A DNA stretch of 57,016 nt from Verrucomicrobiota bacterium (GTDB taxonomy: Bacteria; Verrucomicrobiota; Verrucomicrobiia; Limisphaerales; Palsa-1400): contig JBEKYR010000033.1 of assembly GCA_049510745.1 (NCBI GenBank), positions 1 through 57,016 on the forward strand. Direction: 5' to 3'. The translations under genes were made by a program, and so were the position numbers. Positions 54,239 through 57,016 of the stretch are shown here, in pieces. A model generated the notes under the pieces. That model made no database searches and was not told the DNA's origin. It saw nothing but the letters and a program-made list of their open reading frames with translations. The first letter of the stretch is position 1; each line of letters begins with the position of its first letter.

Positions 54239-54709
54239 ATGCGCTGTCCAAAGTGCGGCAATCAGGACGATAAGGTCATCGACTCGCGCGCCTCACGCGA
54301 AGGTTCGACCATTCGCCGCCGCCGCCAGTGTTTGCAGTGCGATCACCGCTTCACCACCTACGAAGAGATTGAGCATGAAGGACTTATGGTGGTCAAGCGC
54401 GATGGACGACGCGAGGAGTTCTCCAAGGAAAAACTGCTGGCCGGTCTCAAGAAAGCCTGCCAGAAACGCCCGATCAGTCCCAAGGTCATCGAAGACCTCG
54501 TGGAACGGATCATGGACGAAATCAGCGACAAATATGAGCGAGAAGTACCCGGCATGGCCATCGGCGAACGAGTCATGGAGGGGTTGCGGGAGATCGATAA
54601 AGTGGCCTATGTACGCTTTGCCAGCGTTTACCGTCGTTTTGAAGAGGCGACCGAGTTTGTGCGCGAAGTCAAAAAACTGGAGGCCGATCATGATTCAACT
54701 CAAGGCTGA
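54239..54709 (+). CDS. nrdR: Transcriptional repressor NrdR
   Basis: MRCPKC....KVIDSR......IRRRRQC..C..RFTTYE; ATP cone VVKRDG.RE.F; VAYVRFASVYR.F. Confidence 0.97.
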   Translation: MRCPKCGNQDDKVIDSRASREGSTIRRRRQCLQCDHRFTTYEEIEHEGLMVVKRDGRREEFSKEKLLAGLKKACQKRPISPKVIEDLVERIMDEISDKYEREVPGMAIGERVMEGLREIDKVAYVRFASVYRRFEEATEFVREVKKLEADHDSTQG

Positions 54710-55262
54710 TTGCCTGATCTTTCAAACCAACGACGGCGAACAGGTCCCCTGCTCCGCCGAATGGGTCACGCTGGAATTGATGGGCGAAGGAGCGTCCCTG
54801 GTGGACCCGGAAGTCGTGCGGCACGCCTCCGCGGCCGTCCTGCATTACTTCAAACATGAATTGCACCGGCAATTTGTCTCGGTGAGCGAATTCGCCATCG
54901 CCTTGGAAAAGGTCCTGCGCAGTTTCGGCCTGAGCGTTTATGCGGATTTTGAGGCCGAAGCCGCGGCCCCGAAGGAGCGGCGGGTTTTGGAATCCAACCT
55001 TCACCAATTGGCCAGCGCCGCGGTCGCCGAGGGATTCGAGTTGCTTTTCTTCCCCCAATTGCGCCAAGAGCTCCGGCGCCAGATGCAGCGGTCTCCCCAC
55101 GTCGTCCGCTTTCGCGGCCTGCGCGATTGCGTCAAACACCTGGCCGGCGCCGAGCGCTGGAACCGCCGCTGCCAAAACCTCAACGATCAAATTGTCGATT
55201 TCCTCCGCAGTTGCTGGCAAACTGAATCCGCCAGTCAATCCTGTGCCCTCGTGGTGCTATGA
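54690..55262 (+). CDS. Hypothetical protein coupled to nrdR
   Basis: RBS ggagg before ATG 54690; overlaps the nrdR end and the HIT start; host-like codon usage. Confidence 0.75.
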   Translation: MIQLKADCLIFQTNDGEQVPCSAEWVTLELMGEGASLVDPEVVRHASAAVLHYFKHELHRQFVSVSEFAIALEKVLRSFGLSVYADFEAEAAAPKERRVLESNLHQLASAAVAEGFELLFFPQLRQELRRQMQRSPHVVRFRGLRDCVKHLAGAERWNRRCQNLNDQIVDFLRSCWQTESASQSCALVVL

Positions 55263-55603
55263 GCAAAAATGTCTTCGAGAAAATCATCGACCGCGAAATC
55301 CCGGCCGCCATCGTCTATGAAGACGACCTGGTGCTGGCCTTTCGGGACCTTAACCCCAAGGCGCCGGTCCATGTCTTGATCGTCCCGAAGAAGAACATCC
55401 CGCGCCTGACCGAAGCCAAGCCGTCCGACTCCCAGGTGCTCGGCCATTTGCTGCTCAAGGCGGCCGAAGTGGCGGGCCAACTGGGCCTGGCCAGCAAGGG
55501 CTTCCGCTTGGTCATCAACAACGGGCCGGATGGCGGCGAAACTGTCCCTCATCTGCACTGCCACATCCTCGGTGGCCGCGCGATGGCGTGGCCGCCGGGT
55601 TGA
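55259..55603 (+). CDS. hinT: Histidine triad nucleotide-binding protein
   Basis: F.KII.REIPA.IVYED..V.AF.D..P.AP.H.L.VPK, V.HLH.H.LGGR...WPPG. Confidence 0.93.
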   Translation: MSKNVFEKIIDREIPAAIVYEDDLVLAFRDLNPKAPVHVLIVPKKNIPRLTEAKPSDSQVLGHLLLKAAEVAGQLGLASKGFRLVINNGPDGGETVPHLHCHILGGRAMAWPPG

Positions 55604-56208
55604 TGATTACTTTTCTGCATGGCCGGCTGGTTGACGCGCTCCCCACCCAGGTCACGGTGGAAGTCAACGGCGTCGGCTATGAAGTCCTGATCCCTCTCTC
55701 CTCATTCGACAAACTCCCCGCCCCCGGCCAGCCCGTCAAACTCTTGACCCACCTGGTCGTGCGCGAAGACGCCCACGTGCTCTACGGCTTCATGAGCGCC
55801 GCCGAGCGGGAACTTTTCCGCCTCCTCATCCACAGCGTCAGCGGGATCGGCCCCAAGATCGCCCTCAACATCCTCAGCGGCATCAGCGTCACCGCCTTCC
55901 GCGGAGCGGTCGCCGGGAGCGACCTCAAAATGCTTTCCCAAATCTCCGGCGTCGGCAAAAAGACCGCCGAGCGCATTGTCATCGAACTCAAAGACAAAAT
56001 CGGCCCCGGGGGCGCCCTCGAAGCCCTCAGCGCCCAGCGCGCCCTTTCCGCCGGCGAACAAAAAATCAACGACGCCGTCCTGGCGCTCATCGCCTTGGGC
56101 TACAAACCCGCTGAAGCCCACGAGACCGTCCGCGCGACACAGGCGCTGCTGGGACCGGACGCCGGCGTGGAAGAACTGGTGCGCGCCAGCCTGAGGAAAG
56201 GAGCATGA
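55603..56208 (+). CDS. ruvA: Holliday junction branch migration protein RuvA
   Basis: MI..L.G, GVGYE, VRED...LYGF, L..VSGIGPK.AL, GVGKKTAERI..ELK.K, AL.ALGY. Confidence 0.96.
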   Translation: MITFLHGRLVDALPTQVTVEVNGVGYEVLIPLSSFDKLPAPGQPVKLLTHLVVREDAHVLYGFMSAAERELFRLLIHSVSGIGPKIALNILSGISVTAFRGAVAGSDLKMLSQISGVGKKTAERIVIELKDKIGPGGALEALSAQRALSAGEQKINDAVLALIALGYKPAEAHETVRATQALLGPDAGVEELVRASLRKGA

Positions 56209-56897
56209 TGGCGGCAACCCTCAGAAGGTCCTCCGGCATCGTCGTGCCTCATCAACTGCCCTGGCACCGCCAGTTGGTAGCCTTCGCGGCCGCGTCGCTT
56301 CTGCGCGTGTGCCTGTGGACCTGGCGCTGTCACTGGAAGGATACCGCCGATTATCCCGAATCCAGAGGCCCGGTCATCTACTGCATCTGGCACAACCGCC
56401 TGCCGCTGGCCTTGGCCAGCTACGACGATTACCTCCAATCCAAGTGGCCGGACAGCGGCCTGGCGGCGATGATCAGCGCCAGCCGCGACGGCGGGTTGCT
56501 GGCCAGCGTGCTCGAACGATTCGGGGTCCAGCCGGTGCGCGGTTCCACCAGCCGGCGCGGGCCGCAGGCCTTGCTGGAGGCGACGACCTGGATGGAACGC
56601 AATTACAGCGTTGCCATCACGCCCGACGGCCCGCGCGGCCCGGTCTATCAGATTCAGGACGGCATCATTCAACTGGCCAAATTGACCGGACGCCCCATCC
56701 TTCCGACCTCCAACTTCACGCGCTGGAAGATTCGCCTGAACAGTTGGGATCGGTTTCAGATTCCGCTGCCCTTTGCGCGGTGCGAACTGCGCCACGGCGC
56801 GCCCCTCTGGGTGCCGCGCGACGCCTCGGAAGCGGACTGCGAGCAACTCCGCCTCAAACTCGAACAAGCCATGCGCGCCATCACGCGCGACACCTAA
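56205..56897 (+). CDS. DUF374 / lysophospholipid acyltransferase family protein
   Basis: WHNR, S.SRDG, G...RGS.SR.G..AL, ITPDGPRGP, SWDRF..PLPF. Confidence 0.9.
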   Translation: MMAATLRRSSGIVVPHQLPWHRQLVAFAAASLLRVCLWTWRCHWKDTADYPESRGPVIYCIWHNRLPLALASYDDYLQSKWPDSGLAAMISASRDGGLLASVLERFGVQPVRGSTSRRGPQALLEATTWMERNYSVAITPDGPRGPVYQIQDGIIQLAKLTGRPILPTSNFTRWKIRLNSWDRFQIPLPFARCELRHGAPLWVPRDASEADCEQLRLKLEQAMRAITRDT

Positions 56898-56982
56898 CCT
56901 AAGTTCCTTTTGATTTTGCGTAAGTGCTTGCAAATCAAAGCAACGGCCAGAAAATGTAGCAAGTAATAATTGATTAAATCTC

Positions 56983-57011
56983 TTGACATACCTATGGTCC
57001 CGCTTTATTCT
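56983..57011 (+). promoter_or_regulatory. sigma70 promoter for a gene beyond the window
   Basis: TTGACA-17 nt-TATTCT with an AT-rich upstream element. Confidence 0.65.
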
Positions 57012-57016
57012 GTAGC

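Overview
This is a GC-rich bacterial chromosomal window. The lineage is inferred to be Verrucomicrobiota (Pedosphaerales/Limisphaerales-like) from gene styles, not from a marker gene. Left to right it holds: (i) two exported proteins including a PDZ-less S1C protease, a REC-HDOD regulator, a YtrA-type GntR/ABC operon, DUF2934 and NfeD; (ii) a flagellar block (fliA-motAB; flgFGAHIJNKL) with two sigma54-type promoters and two small unknown genes; (iii) an unannotated protein of two tandem protein-kinase-like folds, divergent from (iv) a ~19.5 kb fermentative/hydrogen operon: ADP-forming acyl-CoA synthetase-GNAT fusion, PFOR, DHOD-like flavoprotein, a catalytically degenerate FdhF homologue, AsrA/AsrB-like subunits, HycI and a group 4 (Hyc-like) membrane [NiFe]-hydrogenase interrupted by vapBC, then hypAB; (v) a ~3.1 kb accessory block bounded by a 41-bp degenerate direct repeat (PD-(D/E)XK nuclease, higBA, transposase remnant, beta-propeller protein); (vi) a convergent complete hdrCBA-mvhDGA-protease operon; (vii) nrdR, an unknown gene, HIT, ruvA and DUF374. 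The best candidate for an undescribed system is the FHL-like hydrogenase whose input module is an apparently non-catalytic FdhF paralogue plus an NAD(P)H-binding AsrAB pair, co-encoded with PFOR/ACD and flanked by the tandem kinase-like gene and Hdr-Mvh. No rRNA, tRNA or CRISPR array was seen. All calls come from motif recognition by eye; no searches were run.
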